The notes under the pieces are model-generated. The model worked only from the letters and a program-made list of their open reading frames with translations, was not told the DNA's origin and did not search any database. Both the position numbers and the translations under genes were made by a program. Shown here in pieces: positions 21,863 through 30,389 of a stretch of 34,101 nt of DNA (its first letter is position 1; every line of letters starts with the position of its first letter). Location of the stretch: positions 1-34,101 of the forward strand of contig DAOMZR010000003.1 of NCBI GenBank assembly GCA_035400585.1, given 5' to 3'. This DNA is from a bacterium (GTDB lineage Bacteria; Patescibacteriota; Patescibacteriia; Patescibacteriales; UBA12465).

Positions 21863-22327
21863 ATGAAAATAAAAAAAATTATGAATAAAAAGAGAAACCA
21901 AGGTTTCACTTTGCTTGAAATCTTGTTGGCGGTAGCTGCTTTGGTTATCTTAGCTAGTATCGTTATCTTGGCTCTTAACCCAGGAAAACAATTAGCTGAT
22001 ACCAGAAACTCACAAAGATGGGTTGATGTTAATACTATCTTAAATGCTGTTTATCAGTACGCTATTGACAATGACGGTGATGTACCAGACACTATCCCAG
22101 TTGACACTGCTACTGGAACCGATATTTGTATTAAATCTGGTATCGCAACCACTAGTTGTGATGTAGATTTGTCAGCTTTAGTACCAACTTATTTAGTTAG
22201 CGTTCCAGTTGACCCTCGAGCAACTGCCTCTGCTAACTATACAATCGTTTCTTCTTCAACTACTGGAAGAATTACCGTTGAAGCTCCTTTGGCTGAACAA
22301 GGCAAAACTATTACTGTTACTAGATAG
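21863..22327 (+). CDS. pilA: Major type IV pilin candidate (start may be the ATG at 21881)
   Basis: MNKKRNQG|FTLLEILLAVAALVILASIVILAL is a canonical class III signal with Glu at +5. It has its own intergenic region and a strong terminator. Small size (154 aa) and a T/S/A/V-rich C-terminal globular part. Confidence 0.8.
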   Translation: MKIKKIMNKKRNQGFTLLEILLAVAALVILASIVILALNPGKQLADTRNSQRWVDVNTILNAVYQYAIDNDGDVPDTIPVDTATGTDICIKSGIATTSCDVDLSALVPTYLVSVPVDPRATASANYTIVSSSTTGRITVEAPLAEQGKTITVTR

Positions 22328-22344
22328 TTTGATGTATATAAAAA

Positions 22345-22375
22345 AGACACTCCTTTCCGGGGTGTCTTTTTTTGT
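22345..22375 (+). terminator. Rho-independent terminator
   Basis: AGACACTCC (22345-22353) / GGGGTGTCT (22359-22367) with one G-T pair, then T7. Confidence 0.75.
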
Positions 22376-22398
22376 TTAAAAATGCTAAAATACTGTTG

Positions 22399-24444
22399 AT
22401 GTTTGGTAAAGACAAAAAAGACTTTGATCCTTTTGTGGTCAAGGAAAAAAAATTTAAATTTGGTAATCTTAAGGACTCTTTCTACCATTTAGGGTGGATG
22501 GAAGATTCTTTTTTATTTGGTGAAAACAATAATGAGACTTTGAAAAAAACTTTTGATTCCAGCAAAACTAAACATATTTTTTCCTTCTTATTGTTGTTTT
22601 TCTTTATATTGTTGGCTCGTCTTTTTTGGCTGCAAATTTTTAAAGGGGATGAATATCGTGCTATGGCGGAAGGTAATAGGGTTAGGACCGTTAGTATTGA
22701 GCCCAAAAGAGGTATTATTTATGATTCTAATAGAATTTCTTTAGTTAAAAATGAAGCTAACTTTGTTCTTTATTTAATCCCTTCTGAAATGCCAAAAGAT
22801 GAGCTAGAGCGCGATCGAATTTTGCGCCAGCTTTCTTTTATAATTGACAATAAAACCGAAGATACCGACGCTCAAAATGTAACTGAAAATACAGGAGATT
22901 ATTCTTCCTTTGAATTTTTAGAAGATAGTGATTATTTTTATTTTGTTAAAAACAAATTAGATAAGATTAAATATGGCTCCTTAGAATCTTTTAGGCCCTT
23001 GTTTATAATGGATAATTTAGAACATGAGGCTGTTATTGCCATATCCCTAGAAACTGAAAAAATGCCAGGGGTTTCTCTCTCTGTTAAAATGGGTCGTTCG
23101 TATGTTGGTTCAGAAAGTTCTTTATCAAGTCTTTCTCATGTTATTGGATATACTGGCAAAATTTCTGAAAAAGATTTGGATGTTTTTGGTGAAGAATATT
23201 CTTTAATTGATTATATTGGAAAAACTGGATTGGAATATTTTTATGAAAATGAATTAAAAGGACAGAAGGGAAAAAAATACACTGAAGTTGACGCTTTAGG
23301 TAGAGAGAAAAAAATTATTAATAAAACATTGCCAGTAGATGGTTCCAACTTGGTTTTGAGTCTAAATTCTAAATTGCAAGCCAAAATTGAAGAAATATTA
23401 AAAGAAAGGCTTAAAAAAAATAATTTGGGTCGATCATCGGTTGTAGTTTTGGACCCGAGAAACGGCGAGATTTTGTCTTTAGTTTCTTGGCCAGCTTATG
23501 ATAATAATATTTTTTCCAAAGGAGTAAGCCAATCTGATTATAGTAAATTATTAAATGATCCCGACAGACCTTTGTTTAATAGGGCTGTTAATGGCACTTT
23601 TCCCTCTGGCTCAACGCTTAAACCAACTATCGCTGCCGCCGCTCTTGAGGAGGGAGTTGTTAAAGAAAGCACTTATGTTAATAGTCGCGGTGGCATTAAT
23701 GTTGGCCAGTGGTTTTTTCCTGATTGGAAAGCCGGTGGTCATGGCATGACTGATGTTAAAAAAGCTATTGCTGAATCAGTAAACACCTTTTTTTATTATA
23801 TTGGCGGTGGTTATGAAAATTTTTCTGGACTTGGAATTGATAGAATTGTTAAATATTTAAATCTTTTTGGTTTGGGTGCTCAGAGTGGATTAGACCTACC
23901 TCAAGAAGCTAGGGGCTTTGTTCCAACTCCAGAGTGGAAAGAAGAATCAAGAGGTGAGGTTTGGTATATCGGAAATACTTATCACGTTTCTATCGGTCAA
24001 GGTGATATTTTAGTCACACCACTTCAAGTAGCTAATTTTACCGCTTTTTTTGCTAATGGCGGCAAATTATATCGCCCCCATTTAGTTAAAGAAATATTAG
24101 ATGGTGAAAATCAATTAATTAGAAAAATAGAGCCAGAAATTATTAGAGATAATTTTATAAGCGATAAGAATATAAAAATAGTTAAAGACGGCATGAGACA
24201 AACCGTTGTTTCAGGCAGTGCTAGACGCTTGGATATTTTGCCTTACAAAATATCTGGCAAGACCGGAACGGCTCAATGGGGAACCAATAAAACTCCCCAT
24301 GCTTGGTTTACCTCTTTTGCGCCTTACGATGATCCAGAAATAGTCATTACCATTTTGATAGAAGAAGGAAAGGAAGGCAGTGATTTACCAGTGACCATTG
24401 CTGGTGAAATATTTGATTATTATTTTTCCGAGAAAAATAGATAG
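22399..24444 (+). CDS. mrdA: Penicillin-binding protein 2 (class B transpeptidase); first ATG at 22399
   Basis: N-terminal TM anchor (IFSFLLLFFFILLARLFWLQ), PBP dimerisation region, SxxK (STLK), SxN (SVN) and KTG (KTGTA). The track start at 22372 is a TTG inside the pilin terminator T-run. Confidence 0.85.
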   Translation: MFGKDKKDFDPFVVKEKKFKFGNLKDSFYHLGWMEDSFLFGENNNETLKKTFDSSKTKHIFSFLLLFFFILLARLFWLQIFKGDEYRAMAEGNRVRTVSIEPKRGIIYDSNRISLVKNEANFVLYLIPSEMPKDELERDRILRQLSFIIDNKTEDTDAQNVTENTGDYSSFEFLEDSDYFYFVKNKLDKIKYGSLESFRPLFIMDNLEHEAVIAISLETEKMPGVSLSVKMGRSYVGSESSLSSLSHVIGYTGKISEKDLDVFGEEYSLIDYIGKTGLEYFYENELKGQKGKKYTEVDALGREKKIINKTLPVDGSNLVLSLNSKLQAKIEEILKERLKKNNLGRSSVVVLDPRNGEILSLVSWPAYDNNIFSKGVSQSDYSKLLNDPDRPLFNRAVNGTFPSGSTLKPTIAAAALEEGVVKESTYVNSRGGINVGQWFFPDWKAGGHGMTDVKKAIAESVNTFFYYIGGGYENFSGLGIDRIVKYLNLFGLGAQSGLDLPQEARGFVPTPEWKEESRGEVWYIGNTYHVSIGQGDILVTPLQVANFTAFFANGGKLYRPHLVKEILDGENQLIRKIEPEIIRDNFISDKNIKIVKDGMRQTVVSGSARRLDILPYKISGKTGTAQWGTNKTPHAWFTSFAPYDDPEIVITILIEEGKEGSDLPVTIAGEIFDYYFSEKNR

Positions 24445-24514
24445 TTTTTATTGTTTTTATTATCTATATTTGTTATTATATTTATATAGCAACAAACCTC
24501 TCATAGATTTTGTA

Positions 24515-24543
24515 TTGACTTTTTTTTGTAAATATGGTATAAT
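24515..24543 (+). promoter_or_regulatory. Consensus-like sigma70 promoter with extended -10
   Basis: TTGACT (24515-24520), 17-nt spacer, TGgTATAAT (24535-24543). This leaves a ~150-nt AT-rich leader before the ATG at 24702. Confidence 0.55.
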
Positions 24544-24701
24544 TAACAGTTATATAGCTTGATGTTTTTTGAATAAGCTAACAACAGATTATTTTAAGAT
24601 AACTTAAATAAAAATAATATTTTAAAATTATTAAATAAATATTAAAAAAATAAAAACTTTATTTTTAATAATAATCAATAATATATTTAATCTATAAAAT
24701 T

Positions 24702-27700
24702 ATGCCAGAACAAATTACATTGGGGCGTAAAAATGAGACACAAGATGATGATTCTTTTTTAAAAAAAGCAGTCGAAGCTGGTTTTAGCATTGTTGATGTT
24801 GAAGGGGAAACAAAAAAACTAAAAACCAGATTAAACAGATTAGATCGGGGCGGCAAGGAACAGTTTAAGGGCGAAAGAGAGGTCTTAATTGGTAGATTAA
24901 AAAAATACGGAGTGGAATATGTCAGCAAAAAAGGGGAGAACTTAATTGATGATACAGAAAAATCAGCTAAAAATAAAGAAGAAGAAAAAAGGGATGAGGA
25001 AAAACCACAAGACTCATCTACTGATTTAAAAAAGATGGGTATTGATATTTCTGAAAGTGAACCAGCGGTTAATAATGAAAAAAATGAAATTGATGGTGAG
25101 CAAAAAGAAGGTGACAAAGAAGCAGAAAAAAAACAAGAACTAGAAATTTCTAAATATTTAAAAGAAGAATTAAAATCTTTGGGAATTACTGAAGAAAAAC
25201 TAAAAAGTGAAAGTTATAAGAAATTTAATGAACTAAGCAATGGATCAAAATTGTTAGTTTTGAAAAATTTAAAAGGTGTAATTTTAGAAAATGTTTCTTC
25301 TTATGCTGTTAAAGAGGCCAGGGAAATGGTTAGTCCGACCAATGGACTTTTTAGTAAGCTAAGAGCTAATTTAAAAGAGAATAATTTAACTAAAAAAATA
25401 AAACAAAGAGAGTTAAAGGCTTTGTCTGGTGAGGGTATCGGAGAGGATAATGAAAAGAAACTAGAATCTTTGTCGGAAATAATGAGCAGCTTGGAAGTGG
25501 ATGTTTCTGAAAAAAATGGCAAAACTGAAATTGCTTTAATGAAAATTGAAGAAGGAATGAACGATGAACAAAAAAAAGCTATCGAAGATTTGAATTTATT
25601 GGCCAATAAATTTTTAGAAATTCCAAAGGAAATGGCTTATGAAAGCGCCACTGAAGCAGATAGGAAAAAATATAATCAAGCCAAAGAAAATTATTTTAAT
25701 GCCAAAATAGAAACCTTAAAACAATTAGGAAATTCTGGTGATGTTTTATCTAAAATAAACAAAGCCGATTTTCAACTAAAAATGGTTCGTGATCTAAGCA
25801 ATGATTCTGTTTTAAGTGAAGAATGGAAACAAGCCATTAAAAATCCAGGATTTTTTAAGAGGGTTGTTTTATCGATGAGTAGTAAGGAAAAAATGGCTTA
25901 TATGGCTTCGGGTTATACTGTTCGTTCTGTTTTTGGGGCTTTATCATTATCAGCTTCAGCTATTCCTTTAATAATGACTATTGGTGGTATAAGGGGAAAT
26001 AGGACAGCCAAAGAAAAACTTAGAAAACAAGATAAACTTGATATATACAAGTCTAAAATTGAAAGTCCAATTTCTCTACAAAAAAAGAATCTTAAGAAAC
26101 AAATGGATGTTTTGATTCCGGCTGAGTTTCGTTTGGAACCAGACAAGTGGTTGGAAAATGAAAATACCAAACCAGAAGATGCGCAGAAATATTTGAATTT
26201 AAGAGTAGAGTATTTAAAATTAGATGAAAAATTAACTAAAGAGAAATCAGAAAGATTAAATATAGCCAGTGCTGAAAGCTTGAAAGACAAATTGGACAAC
26301 TTAGCCGAGAAAATAAAAGAAGAAAGCTTGAAAGACGAACCAGACGCAAATAAACTAAAGGACTTAGCGGAATCTTTAAGTTTGAGAATGTTGTTTACTC
26401 GTGAAAAAATTGCCAAAGAATTGGTAAATTATGGTAGTAATGAGGCAAAAATGTTGAACCATCTTGATTTACAAAGAAGCTTGGATGAAGCTGACTTGAT
26501 TTTATCATCTCAAATTGTTTCTCAATATTTATTTGCTGACCAAGAAGGAGTTGGCGGAGAGGAAAAAGAAGATAGAATAAGTAAAAAGGGTAAATTTAAA
26601 GCTGGCCAGGAACTTTTAAATAAAATATTAGAAAATTATTCAAAAGATTTATCAAGCAAAAGAAAAAAATATATTGTTAAAAAAACTATTTATGGCGCTT
26701 TGACTGCCGGCGCCTTTGCTAGTGTTGGTGCTTTAATCAGAGAAGTTGGTGATTTAGATTTGTTTAGTGACAGTGAACCAATTAGTCATAACGAAAATGT
26801 TCAAGCTTTTGTAAAGGGATTTGATTCCATGCAGGAAACACAGAGTGTTAATCAAACCAATTTTGTTGAAAATGTTAGCGCAGAAAACACATTTCATTAT
26901 AATAACTTCTCTGAAAATTTAACTAGCTCACCAGAAAATTTTGTTGAAACCGGAGAACAAGTAATTGAAAAAACTTCTTTAATCGGGGTTAACACTGAAA
27001 GCTTAAGTCCCGAAGCAATTGAATCACTAGAAAAAGTTGGAAATTTAAATAAAGTGGTTGTTTTAGAGAAGGGAAATGGTGTTTCTAAAATATTTGATGG
27101 TCATATGGGCAATGAATATAAGGTTAACTTTATTGATGCCAAAACTGGAGAAATGACTGAAGCAGCTGCTTTTAGCAAAAACGTGAATCCTGGTGATCAG
27201 GTTATTTTGGGAGAGGATGGAAAGGTTTATGTTGTTTGCAATGAAGGTATAAAGGATAACCCTCTTTATCATAAGGTCGCAATAGAGAAAGAGGTGTTAA
27301 ATGAGGAGAATTTAAGACCGACAGAAAAAATAGAAAAATTGGCCAGTTATCAAATCAAAGAAGTAAATGTTGGGCCAGATGGTAAAATTCATTTTGAAAG
27401 CCAACTTGTTAGCGAGAATCATAATAAATTAGAGGGGTTAACTAATATTTCTTCAGAAAAAATGTCTGGCGTTGAAAATTCAAGCTCTGGGTTAGATGGT
27501 TGGGAATATCCTGACATGAAGGATCTCGGAGAAAACGATCCAGTAATTTTATCAAAAGATTCAGATTTAATTATTTTAGAAAATAATAGCGATCTGGATA
27601 AAATTGCTAGCATTACTAAAATAGAGGGTGGTTATAAAATAACTTTAGAAGACGGAAGCTCTTTAAACTATAAACTAAGCGAAGAAGGAGTTGGTGCTGC

Positions 27701-28484
27701 TAAAGCTAATTTTTATTCCGTAGATAATACAGTCATTGAAAACGCAACAGTTGAAGGTAGCCTGGACAAAATAGAAGAACTCTCTAATAAATTGGGAGAA
27801 AACAATTGGATTGACATTCTGAAAACCGAGTTTGATGTTAAAATGGAGGGTAATGATGTTTTTTCTATCAAAGACCAATTAAATGATTCTGTTAAGATAA
27901 AATTTGGTTCTATTAGACTGGATAACATTTCTCATGTTGATCCAGTATATGGCAATAGTGGGTTTGGTGAGATTGAAGAAATTGATGTTTTTATGAAAAA
28001 CGGGCAGAAAATAAACTTTGTTCCAATGGAAGGTGATGGTGGTACCTTTTACGTTCCAGAAGGAACCAATAATGAAGTTGCTAGTTTAGATGATAATTTA
28101 GCAAATGAAAGTCTAAATAGTGGTTTGCCGATAGAATCGGTTGCGATTAATGAAGTTCCTACTGGTAATATTGAAGAAAGCTTTAGAAGTGCCGATCAAA
28201 TAAAAAATCTTTTTGACAAGGATCTAAAAGATATGAATTTAAAAGTAATAAAAGATAGTTCTAGTGGTGGTTGGACTATTAATAAGGGAAGTCAAATGGC
28301 TTTGGTCAAGATTTATGAAGACAAATTGATAATAGAAAAAATTGGTCTTGGTGGGGGCATGGAAGCTTCGATGTTAAGTGGCGGTGAAATAGATCTCGGT
28401 AGTGACCAGGTAGAGATTGAAGTTAAAAATAAAGTTTTTGATGCAGCTGTTTTCAGAGATAAAATTAAAGAATTTTTAAAATAA
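24702..28484 (+). CDS. Large orphan protein (1260 aa): K/E-rich coiled-coil-like N-terminal half, two predicted TM segments, acidic N/E/S/G-rich C-terminal ~575 aa
   Basis: Uninterrupted 3.8-kb ORF. Hydrophobic segments MASGYTVRSVFGALSLSASAIPLIMTIGGI (~25893-25997) and TIYGALTAGAFASVGALI (~26683-26750). No recognisable catalytic motif. Confidence 0.85.
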   Translation: MPEQITLGRKNETQDDDSFLKKAVEAGFSIVDVEGETKKLKTRLNRLDRGGKEQFKGEREVLIGRLKKYGVEYVSKKGENLIDDTEKSAKNKEEEKRDEEKPQDSSTDLKKMGIDISESEPAVNNEKNEIDGEQKEGDKEAEKKQELEISKYLKEELKSLGITEEKLKSESYKKFNELSNGSKLLVLKNLKGVILENVSSYAVKEAREMVSPTNGLFSKLRANLKENNLTKKIKQRELKALSGEGIGEDNEKKLESLSEIMSSLEVDVSEKNGKTEIALMKIEEGMNDEQKKAIEDLNLLANKFLEIPKEMAYESATEADRKKYNQAKENYFNAKIETLKQLGNSGDVLSKINKADFQLKMVRDLSNDSVLSEEWKQAIKNPGFFKRVVLSMSSKEKMAYMASGYTVRSVFGALSLSASAIPLIMTIGGIRGNRTAKEKLRKQDKLDIYKSKIESPISLQKKNLKKQMDVLIPAEFRLEPDKWLENENTKPEDAQKYLNLRVEYLKLDEKLTKEKSERLNIASAESLKDKLDNLAEKIKEESLKDEPDANKLKDLAESLSLRMLFTREKIAKELVNYGSNEAKMLNHLDLQRSLDEADLILSSQIVSQYLFADQEGVGGEEKEDRISKKGKFKAGQELLNKILENYSKDLSSKRKKYIVKKTIYGALTAGAFASVGALIREVGDLDLFSDSEPISHNENVQAFVKGFDSMQETQSVNQTNFVENVSAENTFHYNNFSENLTSSPENFVETGEQVIEKTSLIGVNTESLSPEAIESLEKVGNLNKVVVLEKGNGVSKIFDGHMGNEYKVNFIDAKTGEMTEAAAFSKNVNPGDQVILGEDGKVYVVCNEGIKDNPLYHKVAIEKEVLNEENLRPTEKIEKLASYQIKEVNVGPDGKIHFESQLVSENHNKLEGLTNISSEKMSGVENSSSGLDGWEYPDMKDLGENDPVILSKDSDLIILENNSDLDKIASITKIEGGYKITLEDGSSLNYKLSEEGVGAAKANFYSVDNTVIENATVEGSLDKIEELSNKLGENNWIDILKTEFDVKMEGNDVFSIKDQLNDSVKIKFGSIRLDNISHVDPVYGNSGFGEIEEIDVFMKNGQKINFVPMEGDGGTFYVPEGTNNEVASLDDNLANESLNSGLPIESVAINEVPTGNIEESFRSADQIKNLFDKDLKDMNLKVIKDSSSGGWTINKGSQMALVKIYEDKLIIEKIGLGGGMEASMLSGGEIDLGSDQVEIEVKNKVFDAAVFRDKIKEFLK

Positions 28485-28497
28485 ATTTTACGCTAAT

Positions 28498-28530
28498 AAA
28501 GGACTCCCAAAAAGGAGTCCTTTATTGATT
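28498..28530 (+). terminator. Rho-independent terminator
   Basis: Perfect 10-bp stem AAAGGACTCC (28498-28507) / GGAGTCCTTT (28514-28523), loop CAAAAA, then ATTGATTTT. Confidence 0.7.
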
Positions 28531-28559
28531 TTATGAGTCTTTTTTGATAAGCTCTTCTT

Positions 28560-30329
28560 ATGACTAATATCAAAAAAATAATCAAAAATATAGGTAGAAT
28601 AACCCAAAAAGATAGGTTTTTAATTATTATCATTGCTTTTTCTGCGGTTTTTTTTCTAATGACTTCGATTTTGACCAATTTTCAGGAAAAAAACAATTTT
28701 TTGAAATTTTTTTCTCCCGATGAAAATGCCAACTATGTCTTTACTAAATTGTACGCTCAAACCGATAATCTCTATGTTTTTGAAAAATATAATCTTATAG
28801 CCGAAGATATTGTTCGACCAAGGAGTTATATCAGTGAAAATGGCTTTATTAAGCCTGTTAGTTTTTTGGGGATGACAATTTATTATGGTTTTTTAGCTAA
28901 GATTTTTGGCGTTGGTATAATTCCTTATTTAACTCCTTTTTTTGCTTCTTTAGCTTTAATATTTTACTATTTGTTGATTAAGAAGTTATTTGGAAGTAAA
29001 AATGCCTTTATCTCATCTTTGTTATTATTTTCTTTTCCGGTTCTAATATATTATTCAACCAGAAGTTTGTTCCACAATGTTTTATTTCTTTCTTTTTTAA
29101 TTATTGCTTTGTATTTTCTAGCAGTTTTGTTTGATAAAAGAATTACTACCCCCGAAAAGGATAAAAATAATTATTTTAGAAGATTATTTTATTTCGATTT
29201 TCTAATGGCATCACTAAGTGGTTTGTTTTTTGGTTTGGCTATAGCTGTCAGATCTTCGGAACTTATTTGGTTATTAGTAGCTGGTTTTGTTTTTTTGATT
29301 TTAAAAAACAAAAAATTAAGTTTAATTCGTTTGACCGCCTTGGTTTGTTTTTTTATTTTAGCCTTGATACCGATTTTTTATAATAACCAGATTTTATATG
29401 GTTCGCCTTTCTATGGCGGTTATTATGAAATGAATAAATCCATCAGCCAAATTAGTCAGGCTAGCGGAGGTATTATCAAATCAGTTTTTATTGGTAGTCT
29501 ACTGGATGTTAAAATTTTAATAAAGTTTGTTTTTAAAACTATTTTTTATTTTGGTTTTTATCCGATGCAGTCACTGGAAATGTTTGATAAGTATTTTGTA
29601 AAAATGTTTTGGTATTTATGTTGGCCAGCTCTTATTGGCTTTGTCTGGTATATTTTTTCTGAAAAAAAGAAGTTAAAAAAATTTTATCCTTATTTGCTTT
29701 CTTGGTTTTTGGTTTCTTTCTTTCTGATTTTTTATTACGGTTCCTGGAAATTTGTTGATAATCCCGATCCTAGCAGATTTACAATTGGTAATTCTTACAC
29801 TCGCTATTGGCTACCGATTTATATTGGTGTTTTGCCGTTTGTTTCTTATTTTATTCTAAAAATTAGTTTAATTTCTAGTTTTTGGAAAAATAAAAAAATT
29901 GCCAAAATTATTGGTATTTCAACCTCTGCTTTGACTTTGGTTTTTATGATGTTTTTATCTTTTAAGTATGTTTATAGTGGATCAGAAGAAGGTTTAAAAC
30001 ATTATTTTTCTAAAACCATTAAAGCTAAGACAGAGGTATCTAAAATAATCGAGCTAACAGAGAATAATTCGGTTGTGATAACCGAATATCATGATAAATT
30101 TCTTTTTCCCGAAAGAAAGGTTATAGTTGGTCGATTTAATGATGATAATATGAACAGAAACTATGCCAAACTAGTTAATTATTTACCAGTTTATTATTAT
30201 AATTTTACCTTGCCAGAAAAGGATGTTGATTATTTAAATAATCGAAGATTAAAAGATTTTGGTTTGCAAATTAAATTAGTAGAAAATATTAACGAAACCT
30301 TTTCTTTATATAAACTAGCAAAACCATAG
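28560..30329 (+). CDS. Polytopic membrane protein, GT-C-type glycosyltransferase-like (ArnT/PMT family 39-like)
   Basis: 589 aa with ≥10 TM segments. There is an acidic DE motif in the first extracytoplasmic loop (FFSPDENANYVF) and a soluble C-terminal ~110 aa, the general architecture of GT-C enzymes. Assigned from architecture only. Confidence 0.5.
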   Translation: MTNIKKIIKNIGRITQKDRFLIIIIAFSAVFFLMTSILTNFQEKNNFLKFFSPDENANYVFTKLYAQTDNLYVFEKYNLIAEDIVRPRSYISENGFIKPVSFLGMTIYYGFLAKIFGVGIIPYLTPFFASLALIFYYLLIKKLFGSKNAFISSLLLFSFPVLIYYSTRSLFHNVLFLSFLIIALYFLAVLFDKRITTPEKDKNNYFRRLFYFDFLMASLSGLFFGLAIAVRSSELIWLLVAGFVFLILKNKKLSLIRLTALVCFFILALIPIFYNNQILYGSPFYGGYYEMNKSISQISQASGGIIKSVFIGSLLDVKILIKFVFKTIFYFGFYPMQSLEMFDKYFVKMFWYLCWPALIGFVWYIFSEKKKLKKFYPYLLSWFLVSFFLIFYYGSWKFVDNPDPSRFTIGNSYTRYWLPIYIGVLPFVSYFILKISLISSFWKNKKIAKIIGISTSALTLVFMMFLSFKYVYSGSEEGLKHYFSKTIKAKTEVSKIIELTENNSVVITEYHDKFLFPERKVIVGRFNDDNMNRNYAKLVNYLPVYYYNFTLPEKDVDYLNNRRLKDFGLQIKLVENINETFSLYKLAKP

Positions 30330-30389
30330 AAGATTGTCTGTGGAGAAAGTTGTTTACTGAAACAATTTAGTTAAATTTTATGATTTTTT

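Noticed and set aside
22372-22398. TTG start of the PBP2 ORF
   Set aside because: The TTG lies in the T-run of the major-pilin terminator. The first ATG (22399) is the more plausible start.
24692-27928. Antisense ORFs within the 1260-aa gene (24692-25117, 25301-25606, 25913-26416, 27063-27272, 27419-27613, 27675-27878, 27713-27928)
   Set aside because: The GAA/AAA/GAT-rich sense strand yields stop-poor TTC/TTT/ATC antisense frames. The products are Ser/Phe/Leu low-complexity sequence, and none has a promoter or terminator of its own.
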